Source: an uncultured Nannocystaceae bacterium
GTDB lineage: Bacteria; Myxococcota_A; Bradymonadia; UBA7976; UBA1532
Length of the DNA stretch: 64,000 nt
Direction of reading: 5' to 3'
Assembly (NCBI GenBank): GCA_964402225.1
Contig: CAYOBQ010000012.1
Span: 20,747 to 84,746, forward strand
Position numbers and translations under genes: made by a program. This document shows positions 9,117-18,028 of this stretch, piece by piece; the first letter of the stretch is position 1, and every line of letters begins with the position of its first letter. The notes under the pieces were generated by a model. It was given only the letters and a program-made list of their open reading frames with translations. It did no database searches and was not told where the DNA came from.

Positions 9117-10952
9117 GTGAGCACGATGACCATCGACGATCCATTGCTGGAGTCGAGTGATCTCGACGAATTGCAGGCGCTGCTCGAGGCACAGGTCGTG
9201 AAGGCGGGGACCGTCGTCGATGGGACGATCGAGTCGGTCGACGGAGCGGAGGTGCGCGTTGGTGTGCCCGAGGCGGGCGCGGCGGTGGTGCCCGTCTCGG
9301 AGTTCGCGGTGCTCGGTGAGACGCCGGCGGCGGGGGATCCGGTGCGGATCTACGTCGATTGGGTGGCGCCCGACGGGCTGCGGCTCTCCCGGCAGAAGGC
9401 GGCGGGGCTCGACCTCTGGGCGAGCTTCGAGGCCGCCGCGATCGATCGCGAGCCCATCGAAGGCGTGGTGCTGGCGACCACGCGCGGCGGCTACTCCGTC
9501 GACATCGGCACCAAGGCCTTCCTGGCCGACAACGATCTCGCGCCGGGAGATCGGCGCGGGGTCGAGCTCATCGGGGAGACCCTCGAGCTCTTCGTGCACC
9601 ACGCCGACTCGCGCAAGACGAAGCTCAAGCTCTCGCAGTCGAAGCCGCGCAGCGCGCCCGCGCATCGGCTCGAAGAGGGCGAGGACGTCTTCGACTGCCT
9701 GGAGGTGGGGCAGAGCGTCGTGGGCGTGGTGGCCCGACTGACCGACTTCGGCGCCTTCGTCGACATCGGGGGCTTCGATGGGCTGCTGCACGTCAACGAC
9801 ATGTCCTACGGGCGGGTCAACCACCCCCGCGAGGTGGTTCACGTCGGCGACGAGATCGTAGTGAAGGTGCTCAAGCTCGACGAGGACGCTCGACGCGTCG
9901 GCCTCGGCCTCAAGCAGCTCTCGCCAGACCCTTGGACCGTAGCCGCGGACCGCTACCGCCCCGACATGCGCGTCTCGGGGCGCGTGATCAGCGTCACGAA
10001 CTACGGCGCCTTCATCGAGGTCGAGCCTGGACTAGAGGGCTTGGTCCACGTGTCCGAGATGTCGTGGAAGCGGGTGAATCACCCCAAAGACGCGGTGAAG
10101 AAGGGCCAGCTCGTAGAGGCGGCCGTGATCCGCTGCGATCCCGAGCAACAGCGCCTGAAGCTGAGCATGAAGGCGGTCGAGCCGAACCCCTGGGAGGTCG
10201 TGGCGGAGCGCTACCCGGTCGGCTCCCGGCTCACGGGCAAGATCCGAAATGTTCGCGACTTCGGCGTCTTCGTCGGCGTCGAGGACGGCATCGACGGGTT
10301 GGTCCACATCAGCGATCTCGCGTGGGGCAACGCCGTCCGGCGGCCCAGCGACCACTTCCAACGCGGCCAGGAGATCGAGACGTTGGTGCTCGAGGTCGAC
10401 GTCGATCGGGAGCGCATCAGCCTCGGCATCAAGCAGCTCAGCGCGGATCCGACGCGCGCCTTCTTCGACGACCACGCCATCGGAGACATCGTCTCGGGTC
10501 GGGTGACGGGGCTCGCGGAGTTCGGCGCCTTCGTCCAGGTCGCCGAAGGGCTCGATGGGCTGGTCCACATCAGCGAGTTGAGCCACGAGCCGGTGGAGCA
10601 CACCGCCGACGCGGTGAAGAAAGGCCAGGAAGTCCAGGTGATGGTCCTCGGGCTCGATGCAGAGGTGCCCAAGGTGAGCCTGTCGCTCAAGGCCGCGCTG
10701 CCGGAGCCCGGCGGCGAGGAAGAAAAAGATGGCGGCGCGGCCGAGACGCCCGCGCAGAGCGCCTCGGAGGAGGCGCCCACGGGGGCCGGGGGGGAGTCGA
10801 ACGACTCGACCGACACCGCCAAACCGGCCGGTGACGCGGGGGAAGGCGTCACCGAACCGCACGACATCACCGAAGAGAGCGATGTCGCATCCATGTCGGC
10901 GACCGACGATCCGCCGGCCGCCACCGAGATCGACGAAGCCGATCCCGAATGA
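9117..10952 (+). CDS. rpsA: 30S ribosomal protein S1 homologue, probably a paralogue
   Basis: Six S1-type repeats (DFGAFVDIGGFDGLLH, NYGAFIE..EGLVHVSE, DFGVFV..DGLVHISD, EFGAFV..DGLVHISE); first two diverged; acidic tail. Start uncertain (9078, 9117 or 9126). Confidence 0.85.
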   Translation: MSTMTIDDPLLESSDLDELQALLEAQVVKAGTVVDGTIESVDGAEVRVGVPEAGAAVVPVSEFAVLGETPAAGDPVRIYVDWVAPDGLRLSRQKAAGLDLWASFEAAAIDREPIEGVVLATTRGGYSVDIGTKAFLADNDLAPGDRRGVELIGETLELFVHHADSRKTKLKLSQSKPRSAPAHRLEEGEDVFDCLEVGQSVVGVVARLTDFGAFVDIGGFDGLLHVNDMSYGRVNHPREVVHVGDEIVVKVLKLDEDARRVGLGLKQLSPDPWTVAADRYRPDMRVSGRVISVTNYGAFIEVEPGLEGLVHVSEMSWKRVNHPKDAVKKGQLVEAAVIRCDPEQQRLKLSMKAVEPNPWEVVAERYPVGSRLTGKIRNVRDFGVFVGVEDGIDGLVHISDLAWGNAVRRPSDHFQRGQEIETLVLEVDVDRERISLGIKQLSADPTRAFFDDHAIGDIVSGRVTGLAEFGAFVQVAEGLDGLVHISELSHEPVEHTADAVKKGQEVQVMVLGLDAEVPKVSLSLKAALPEPGGEEEKDGGAAETPAQSASEEAPTGAGGESNDSTDTAKPAGDAGEGVTEPHDITEESDVASMSATDDPPAATEIDEADPE

Positions 10953-10956
10953 TTCA

Positions 10957-10987
10957 AGCGCGCGCCGTCTTGGGAACGGCGGGCGCT
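10957..10987 (+). terminator. Hairpin immediately after the S1 gene (possible terminator)
   Basis: agcgc-gc-gccgt [cttggga] acggc-gg-gcgct imperfect stem; no clear U tract. Confidence 0.35.
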
Positions 10988-11520
10988 ACATTGGAGAGAT
11001 ACGCGAGCCGGCCATTACGTCGCACGACCGCGACTGCGGCGGTCCGCGGGCTGAGACGTGGTGGGCGCGAACCGTCGGCTACGACCCGTCCCCATCACGC
11101 CTCAACTCGCGAAGACCACCGCGGAGCAGATCCGGAGGGATCCCCCGGGCGTGGTGGACACGAAGCCGCTCTCGCGACGCCGCCTCCATCACGCCCGGAG
11201 GAGCCCGCCTCCGACGTCCATGAACCGTCGGCCAGACCTCCTCCAACAAGACGTCCTCCAGAGAGACCCGCCTCCCGGTCAGGCTGCACGCACGGCCACC
11301 AACAGGAGCGACCTGCTTCGGCCACCCGCGGGATTCGAACCCGCCCCGCAATGCGTGCGTCCATGTATTCAGCTTCACATCCTTCTCCAGGCACACGCCG
11401 GCCGCTCCGCGACGCCCGGGAGGACGACACATAGACAGACTGCCGCGTTCCGGTGGGGCGACGCGGAAGCGACCGGCGACGATGATCGAGAGGAAGCTCG
11501 TCCGCGATAGGGGGCCTTCG

Positions 11521-11560
11521 AAACGAAGACGCCCGCCGCTCGAAGACGAGGGCGGGCGCC
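11521..11560 (-). terminator. Intrinsic terminator-like hairpin
   Basis: Minus strand reads ggcgcccgcc-ctcg [tctt] cgag-c-ggcgggcgtc followed by ttcgttt. Confidence 0.55.
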
Positions 11561-11724
11561 GCAAAACCAAGCGTTATTCGCTGGTTACGGACCCACCCAA
11601 CCTCCGAAGAGGTGGCCGACGCGGCGCACCCCGACCCAACCGCGGGCGTCGCATGCCAGCGGCCGGTCGCTTTGGATTCTCGACGTGGGCTGCACGTTGC
11701 GCCCTCCAGTTCAAACTCGAATGT
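11521..11724 (-). ncRNA. Candidate ~200-nt small RNA or leader RNA, family unassigned
   Basis: Lies between a sigma70-like promoter and a terminator-like hairpin; contains an acctc-UUCG-gaggt hairpin; no convincing ORF. Confidence 0.4.
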
Positions 11725-11729
11725 CTTCA

Positions 11730-11758
11730 CTTATATGGATGACTTCGACTCGCGTCAA
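11730..11758 (-). promoter_or_regulatory. sigma70-like promoter TTGACG-N17-TATAAG, flanked by an 11-bp direct repeat
   Basis: Read directly on the minus strand; cgaatgtcttc occurs at 11718-11728 and 11772-11782. Confidence 0.6.
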
Positions 11759-11816
11759 CACATTTTCGGAACGAATGTCTTCGTGGCTGGGGGCGGGGTC
11801 GCGCTAGCCTCCGGCC

Positions 11817-12875
11817 GTGGGAGCTTCGCGCTTGTATCGGACCGTCCTGGCGTGCCTGCCGCTGGTGGTGGCGGGGTGCGACGACGCGCCCACGCCGGAG
11901 GTGGCGGATCTCGGGCCTGCCGCTCACAGCTCGGACGACGGGGGGGCCGACGACGCCCGCGTCCTGCCCGACTTCGCCCCTCTGGTGCCGCCGGACGCCG
12001 GGCCCGACGGCCCCATCCCCTCTCCCGATGGCGGGCTGCCGCCGCAGCATGGGGCGCTCGTGGCCCAGGGCCCGTGGGGCCCCGCCGCCCGCGTGACCTG
12101 GATCGACATCCCCGAGACCCCCGCGGCGGCCCGCTCGGCTGGATGCCTCGTCGAGGGGAAGAGCGCGGGCAGCGCGGTCCGCAACCTGATCGCGCTAGCG
12201 GGTGGCGGGCTGAGCGGCATCGTCGAGCCGGCGGAGGATGGGCGCATCTCGGCGGTGATGCTGTTTCGGGCCGCCGGCTGGGCGCCGGGGCGCAGCGCCC
12301 TCGATCTCGAGGTCGTCGATCTCGAGTTCTACGAGGGCGGACAAGACGCGGAGCTCGGCTTCGTGATCTCGCGCGGGGCCCTTGTGGACGGGGAGGTGGC
12401 GGCGGGCCCGAGGTTCGGCTTCCCGGGCACGCCCGTCGAGGGTGGGTGGCTCCGAACGGAGGCGGGTCCCTTCGTGCTCCCCCTCAGCCTGGAGCTCGCG
12501 CCGGATCTCCCGCTCCCGCTGAGCGGCGCGCGGGTCAACGGACGCCTCGCCGCAGACGCGCCGGGCTTCCGCCTCGACCGGGGGATCCTCACGGGCTACG
12601 TCACCCTCGACGACGCCCGGCGACTGGTGGCGGACATCAAGTCGACCTGCGCGGCGGACGAGCCGCCGGGGCTGTGCGCGCTGGTCGGGGGTCAGCTCGA
12701 CCGACCGGTGGACGAGCTGGTCGACCTGGTCATTGGCATCCTCGGCGGCTTCGAGGTGCGGTTCGAGGAGGGCGTCGCCGAGCCCTGCGACCCTGGCGTC
12801 GAGGCGGGATGCAACGCCGTCGGGCTGTGCGTGACCCTGCGCGCGAGGGGGGTCGAGGTGGTGGGCCTCGACTGA
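11817..12875 (+). CDS. Putative lipoprotein
   Basis: Lipobox VVAGC, Asp/Pro/Gly-rich stalk, paired cysteines. Confidence 0.72.
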   Translation: MGASRLYRTVLACLPLVVAGCDDAPTPEVADLGPAAHSSDDGGADDARVLPDFAPLVPPDAGPDGPIPSPDGGLPPQHGALVAQGPWGPAARVTWIDIPETPAAARSAGCLVEGKSAGSAVRNLIALAGGGLSGIVEPAEDGRISAVMLFRAAGWAPGRSALDLEVVDLEFYEGGQDAELGFVISRGALVDGEVAAGPRFGFPGTPVEGGWLRTEAGPFVLPLSLELAPDLPLPLSGARVNGRLAADAPGFRLDRGILTGYVTLDDARRLVADIKSTCAADEPPGLCALVGGQLDRPVDELVDLVIGILGGFEVRFEEGVAEPCDPGVEAGCNAVGLCVTLRARGVEVVGLD

Positions 12876-12964
12876 GCTCGACGGCTCGTTGTGGGTTGTC
12901 TCCCGCCGCTGGCTCGTGCTTTCATTCGCGCGCTCCAGGGGGTGCCAGGACGAGGAGGGAATCC

Positions 12965-13453
12965 ATGGAATTCACGGTCGGCGACATGGCCGTCTATCAG
13001 GGGCAGGGAATCGGAGAGATCACCGAGATCGGCGATATGCACGTGGGCGGCATGTCGCTCGAGGTCTACACGCTGACCATGGCCGACGGGACCATCGTCC
13101 GCGTACCCACCGCGAAGGCGACCACGGTCGGCCTCCGCGAGGTCATCGACGAAGCCGATGTCCCGGAGGTCTACCAGATCCTGCGCCAGGAGGCGGAGCG
13201 ACCCAAGGACAAGACCTGGAACCGCCGCTACCGCGCCTACAGCGAGAAGCTGAGGACCGGATCGGTGCGGGAGATCGCCGAGGTGCTGCGCGACCTCTAC
13301 CGCCTCAAGGGCGACAAGGAGCTCAGCTACGGTGAGCGCCAGATGCTCGACCAGGCCCGCACCCTCCTCGTCCAGGAGCTGTCCCTCGCGACCAGGCGGG
13401 ACGAGAACGAGGTGGGACAGGAGCTCGACGAGCTGTTCATCGGAGAGTGCTGA
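12965..13453 (+). CDS. carD: CarD/CdnL family RNA-polymerase-binding transcription factor
   Basis: FTVGDMAVYQGQGIGEI, VRVP, WNRRYR, KELSYGERQM; GAGGAGGG RBS. Confidence 0.93.
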   Translation: MEFTVGDMAVYQGQGIGEITEIGDMHVGGMSLEVYTLTMADGTIVRVPTAKATTVGLREVIDEADVPEVYQILRQEAERPKDKTWNRRYRAYSEKLRTGSVREIAEVLRDLYRLKGDKELSYGERQMLDQARTLLVQELSLATRRDENEVGQELDELFIGEC

Positions 13454-13512
13454 ACCTACCGGCGCTCGGCGTTGTCCAACCCCGGTGACGACGTAGCCAA
13501 CGTGATCCGCTG

Positions 13513-14253
13513 ATGTCCCAAGCGCAGCAAGACCCGACCCGCACCGACGAGCTCGACCACGAGTTCGACGAGTGGCTTGAGAACGACGAGCTCGAGGAGC
13601 CGCGACCACGCGGCGTCACGATGCGCCACCCGGCCTTGCTGATCGTGGTGCTCGTGTGCTCGGCCTTCGTCTCGATTCGCGCCGCCCGGGATCTCCGCCA
13701 CCGGCTCCTGCAACGGGAGGTCATCGAGTGTGGGGACCTGGGGGAGCGGCCCATCCTCAGGGCCGAGGCGGCCGGGAAGCTCGCGCCGCTGCCCGACGAC
13801 CGCTGGTGCTCGCTGACGGGGATGGTCTCGAGCCAGGTCACCCTGGCGACGGGTGAGCCCACCGAGACCAACAACCCGTACAAGAAGCACGCCGAGCGCA
13901 CCTTCTTCGTGCGGCTCAGCGGCGACCGCGTCTGGGCCGCGGTCCCCGGCGACGACTGGGACGCGAACAACCACCGCATCAAGAAGGGCAGCCTCTTCGG
14001 CTTCCAGATCAGCGGCGTGGGACACATCCGCAACCCCGACCGAACCGCAGAGCTCCGCCGAACGGCCGAGGTGCTGCGGCTCAAGTGGGGTGAGCCCCGC
14101 GAGGCCGAGATCCGCATCTTCGACCTCACCCGCTCGCCCCCGAGCCTGTGGGCACCCATCGGCGTCCTGGGCGTCGCGACCACCGCTACCCTGCTGGGGA
14201 TCTACGGCCTCTTGAACATCGTCCGACGGCGCCGAGATCAGGCGCGGGCGTAG
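13513..14253 (+). CDS. Hypothetical membrane protein (2 TM)
   Basis: Hydrophobic helices near both termini; typical codon bias. Confidence 0.7.
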   Translation: MSQAQQDPTRTDELDHEFDEWLENDELEEPRPRGVTMRHPALLIVVLVCSAFVSIRAARDLRHRLLQREVIECGDLGERPILRAEAAGKLAPLPDDRWCSLTGMVSSQVTLATGEPTETNNPYKKHAERTFFVRLSGDRVWAAVPGDDWDANNHRIKKGSLFGFQISGVGHIRNPDRTAELRRTAEVLRLKWGEPREAEIRIFDLTRSPPSLWAPIGVLGVATTATLLGIYGLLNIVRRRRDQARA

Positions 14254-14291
14254 TCCCCTTCGCAACGAAGTCCACGAGGCGCTAGACTTCG

Positions 14292-16091
14292 ATGATGCTC
14301 CGCCTCCTCGTTGTGTTCGCGTCGCTCTCCGTCGCTGTAGCCGGCTGTGCCGACTCGACGGCGCCCACCGAGCGGCAAGTCCTGGTCGAGGTCGATCCCA
14401 ACCGTCCCATCGCCGAGCCGACCTACGATGACGCCGGCAACCTCATCGCGCCGACCACGAACCGCATCCTGGTCATCGCGGGGAACGAGGAGAAGAACGT
14501 CAACCTCGAGGGCTTCGTCGAGTTGGCGGTGATCCTGCTCGACAGCAACGGTGACCCCGTCGAGGGCGAGCGAGTCGAGTACCAGATCGCGGAAGAAGAC
14601 GAGAGCGGCACCGCGCTGAGCGCTCGGCGCACCTCCACGGACCGTGACGGCTACTCGCGGATCACGTTTCAGGCCGGGACCGAGATTCAGGACTACGAGG
14701 TCGACGTCTGGCACCCGGAGACGCGGCGGCTGAAGTTCCTGGTCCATGTGCTCGACCTGCCTTCTGGCGGCGTAGAGGTCGAGTTCGAGTACGAAGGGCC
14801 CGTCGAGCTGGGCCAACTCGAGGTCTACCTGCTCGAGGACCGAGACTTCTGCGAGGACGCCTACTACCTGGCGCCCCCCGAGGAGGTGCTCTTCAGCGCC
14901 AACACGCAGCGGCTCGACGACCGCATCACGGTGGAGCCCCTGCTGGCCGGGACCCGCCTCTCGGTCTTGGTGCGCGCGCGGGTCGCGAGCAATGGCGTCC
15001 TCGCCGCGGGGGGCTGCGTGGGCGACGTGGTGGTGCGGGAAGACGAGAACGTCCGGGTCAAGGTCCCGGTCTTCCTCCTGCCGCTGAGTCCCGCGGGCAG
15101 CTACACCGTCGACAACCACCTCGACTTCACCGACGCCATCCCCGGCACGCTGGGTGATGTCATCCGTGGGCTGGTGCGGTTCTTCGGTGACCAGAACCAC
15201 GAGCGAGAGATCGCGGGGCTGATCTTCGACCTCGTAGAGGGGCTGGCGCGCGAAGCGGCGGGGGCCATCGGCGCCCTGGTCATCGATCTGGTCCGCGGCT
15301 GGATCGAAGACGACCTCAACGAGATCATCAACGAGTACATCGACGAGGACGGCCCCGACTGGCTACGCGACTTCTTCACCATCGGGTCGGACCTGATCAG
15401 CGTGGTGTCGAACCTCGAGGTCATCAGTCGAATGCGGATCTCGAAACCGAGGCGCGACGGCACGTTCGAGGGTAGCCAGAACTGGATCGGGCTGGCGTTC
15501 TACTGGCGCCTGCCCTGCCAGGACGACCCCGATCCGCAGTGCGGGCGCCACCCGTTCACCATGGACGAGGTCGCCGCCGCGGCCGAAGGCATCCAGCTCG
15601 TCTTCGGGCAGTTCACCGGGCGGATCCACACCTACAACCACGGCGTGATCGATCTGCACACGATGGACCTCCAATACGGACGGCTCATCCTCTTCGTGCT
15701 CAACAACATCATCCTGCCGTTCATCGCCGACGGCGCGAACAACCTGAGCGACGCCCTGCTCAACCTCGCCAACTGCCCCGATTTTGCCGACGGCATCACG
15801 GGCGGTCGTGGCCACCTGCGCCTGGGCGGGATCAACATCGTCAGCCGGAACACGATCGAGGACTGGTGCGTGGCGGTGATGAGCATCGCTGGCGACGCCG
15901 CCGAGGCCATCATCGGGCGTCTGCGGATCGACACCCGCTTGAGCCTGCAGGGCGAGATGATGTTCGTCGAGGAGACCGACGACCTGGTGGTCGACGCGAT
16001 GACGGACGGCATCTGGCGCGGCGTGATTCGGACGGCGCAGGACGAGGGGCCACCCTTCGAGGGCGACTTCGCGGGTACCCGAGACGAGTAG
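14292..16091 (+). CDS. Large lipoprotein with Big-1/Ig-like N-terminal domain
   Basis: Lipobox VAGC; LLDSNGDPVEGERVEY...TDRDGYSRITF Ig-like pattern. Confidence 0.75.
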   Translation: MMLRLLVVFASLSVAVAGCADSTAPTERQVLVEVDPNRPIAEPTYDDAGNLIAPTTNRILVIAGNEEKNVNLEGFVELAVILLDSNGDPVEGERVEYQIAEEDESGTALSARRTSTDRDGYSRITFQAGTEIQDYEVDVWHPETRRLKFLVHVLDLPSGGVEVEFEYEGPVELGQLEVYLLEDRDFCEDAYYLAPPEEVLFSANTQRLDDRITVEPLLAGTRLSVLVRARVASNGVLAAGGCVGDVVVREDENVRVKVPVFLLPLSPAGSYTVDNHLDFTDAIPGTLGDVIRGLVRFFGDQNHEREIAGLIFDLVEGLAREAAGAIGALVIDLVRGWIEDDLNEIINEYIDEDGPDWLRDFFTIGSDLISVVSNLEVISRMRISKPRRDGTFEGSQNWIGLAFYWRLPCQDDPDPQCGRHPFTMDEVAAAAEGIQLVFGQFTGRIHTYNHGVIDLHTMDLQYGRLILFVLNNIILPFIADGANNLSDALLNLANCPDFADGITGGRGHLRLGGINIVSRNTIEDWCVAVMSIAGDAAEAIIGRLRIDTRLSLQGEMMFVEETDDLVVDAMTDGIWRGVIRTAQDEGPPFEGDFAGTRDE

Positions 16092-16094
16092 ACC

Positions 16095-16529
16095 CTATTC
16101 GTCCAACGACGACTGCTGGGTCCCGCGCACCACGTGGCGATCCTGGTCTTGGACCTCGATGAGCACCTTCAGCGCCGTGCCGTCGTCGCCGCAGTAGATC
16201 TGCTCGCTGTCGCGGCTCTGCTCCCAGGCGTAGGTGACGTCGCACTTGCCGTCGTCGGCGGCGCAATCCTCGTCGTCGGGCGTCGTCCGCGGCAACTCGG
16301 TCATCGCCAGCCGGGTCGCCTCGACGATCACGAAGGGCTCCCGGAGATCCTCGGGGCCGTCGAGGTCGCGCACGGTGAATTCGACGCGGCTGAGCTTCAC
16401 GACGCGCTCGATCGAGCGGCACTGAACCAGGGGTCGACCGACGAATTCGGGCTCTGCAGGGGGCGTCGTCTCGTCCTCGCAGGCGGGAATTACGGCCAAG
16501 AACAACAGCAATGGTGCGGTCCTGAGCAT
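16095..16529 (-). CDS. Putative small lipoprotein
   Basis: Signal peptide ending IPAC; several cysteines. Confidence 0.65.
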   Translation of the reverse strand: MLRTAPLLLFLAVIPACEDETTPPAEPEFVGRPLVQCRSIERVVKLSRVEFTVRDLDGPEDLREPFVIVEATRLAMTELPRTTPDDEDCAADDGKCDVTYAWEQSRDSEQIYCGDDGTALKVLIEVQDQDRHVVRGTQQSSLDE

Positions 16530-16582
16530 TCGCGGATGCTACGTGTGTTGAGCGGCCCAGGTCCATTGGATAACGTGCGTGG

Positions 16583-18028
16583 GTGCATGCCCTCCTGCTC
16601 GCGGTCTTTTTGGCCGCTCCTTCCCCCGCCCCGGTGGTGTGGCGCTTCGCGGATGACCACGGTCCCGCGATCCGCGACGCCGTACTGGCCGCCCGCGGCG
16701 AGAACCTGCCGCACCACCTGATCGCCGAGTCATCGATCCTCGAGCACCTCCGCTCGGTGCGCTGGCCCGCGTCGCTGGGCTGCCTCGACGACAGCGCGAC
16801 CTGCCGTGACCCTCGCCAGGGCGCGCTGCCGCTGTTGGGCCTGTCCGGTAGCGTCGAGGCGAGCGCGAAGCCAAGGGGGGAAGGCTTCGAGGTGACGCTA
16901 CGCCTGTCGCTGGTGGATGGGGAGCCGCAAGCCTTTGTCGGCCGTGGACCGGACCTCGAGATGGCCGCCGTCAAGGCGTGGGTCGCGCTCCGCGGCCACG
17001 GGACGATCCGGGTCGAGGCGCCGGAGGGCTCGGTCGTCTTCGTCGATGACCAGGCGGTCGGTGAGGGGCCCGGCGAGTACCCCGTCGCCCCGGGGAAGCA
17101 CGTCGTGAAGGTCGACGCCAAGGGCAAGCGACCGGTGGAGCAGTCGATCTCCGTCGCCGCGGGTGAGAAGAAGTCACTTCGGTTCGAACTCGCCGACTCG
17201 TGGGGACGACTGGCCCTCAACTACGCGCCCGCCACGGCCAAGGCGTGGATCGACGGTGAACCGTGGCAGACGCCGGATGAGGAGCGCGAGCTGAAGCCCG
17301 GCGACCACGTGCTGCGCCTCGAGGCCGAGGGCTACGACCCCACCGAGCACCCGTTCACGATCAAGAGCGCCACCCGATTGGACCTCACGATCGGTCTTCA
17401 GAGGTCCGAGCCCGAGTGGCAGAAGCTGCTGCGTGCCCCCCACCCAGACACCCAGGCCCACCCCTACTACGTCCGCGCGGGGCTGCGCCTGGGCAGCGTT
17501 CAATCGGGCAAGGCGGAGGCGGCGGCGGGCAGCGGGGCCGATCGAATCGGCCTCGACACGCAGGACGAGTCGTCGGCGCTCTTCGGCATCGAAGCGGCGA
17601 TCGGCTGGCGAAGCGAGCTGTGGACCTTCGAGCCGTTGGGCCTCGGCTACCAGGGAGGCGGCGAGGCGGCCGGCGTGACCTTCGAGGACGGCGAGCGCGG
17701 CCGGATGCGCGATCTGAGCCGTTTCAACCTGCGCCTCGCGACCTTCGGCGTCCGGTACCCGGCGTGGCGTCTCGAACCCTACGCCGCGGCTGGTCTGGTC
17801 TTGGCGTCGGAGTCCTTCAGCGTCGAGCCCGACGACGAGGAGAAGAAGACCCAGGACTTCTCGCGTCGCCTCTTCTTCCTCGGCCTCGACATCGGCGTTC
17901 GCTACCACCTGACGGGTGAGCTCTTTGGATCGGTGGCGTTGAACACCGATGTCTGGTCGAACGAGCGGGCCGCGGTCGCGCTCGTGCTCTCCGTCGCCTA
18001 CGCCTTGGATCTACCCGAATGGCTATGA
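16583..18028 (+). CDS. PEGA-domain protein with probable C-terminal outer-membrane beta-barrel
   Basis: Two PEGA-like repeats (VFVDD...PGKHVVKV; AWIDG...PGDHVLRLEAEGY); alternating beta-strand pattern at the C-terminus. Confidence 0.75.
   Translation: MHALLLAVFLAAPSPAPVVWRFADDHGPAIRDAVLAARGENLPHHLIAESSILEHLRSVRWPASLGCLDDSATCRDPRQGALPLLGLSGSVEASAKPRGEGFEVTLRLSLVDGEPQAFVGRGPDLEMAAVKAWVALRGHGTIRVEAPEGSVVFVDDQAVGEGPGEYPVAPGKHVVKVDAKGKRPVEQSISVAAGEKKSLRFELADSWGRLALNYAPATAKAWIDGEPWQTPDEERELKPGDHVLRLEAEGYDPTEHPFTIKSATRLDLTIGLQRSEPEWQKLLRAPHPDTQAHPYYVRAGLRLGSVQSGKAEAAAGSGADRIGLDTQDESSALFGIEAAIGWRSELWTFEPLGLGYQGGGEAAGVTFEDGERGRMRDLSRFNLRLATFGVRYPAWRLEPYAAAGLVLASESFSVEPDDEEKKTQDFSRRLFFLGLDIGVRYHLTGELFGSVALNTDVWSNERAAVALVLSVAYALDLPEWL

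Noticed and set aside
11318-11400. Complete tRNA gene or tmRNA at the GGTTCGAATCCC motif
   Set aside because: No D arm, anticodon arm or local acceptor partner, and no tmRNA termini; kept only as a tRNA-like arm.
11488-11580. RNase P RNA resemblance (gaggaag...caaaaccaagcgttat)
   Set aside because: The P4 consensus is not met and the span is far too short.
11095-11730. 211-aa minus-strand ORF starting MKTFEFELEGATC
   Set aside because: The start codon overlaps the predicted -10 element, there is no RBS, and codon bias is poor.
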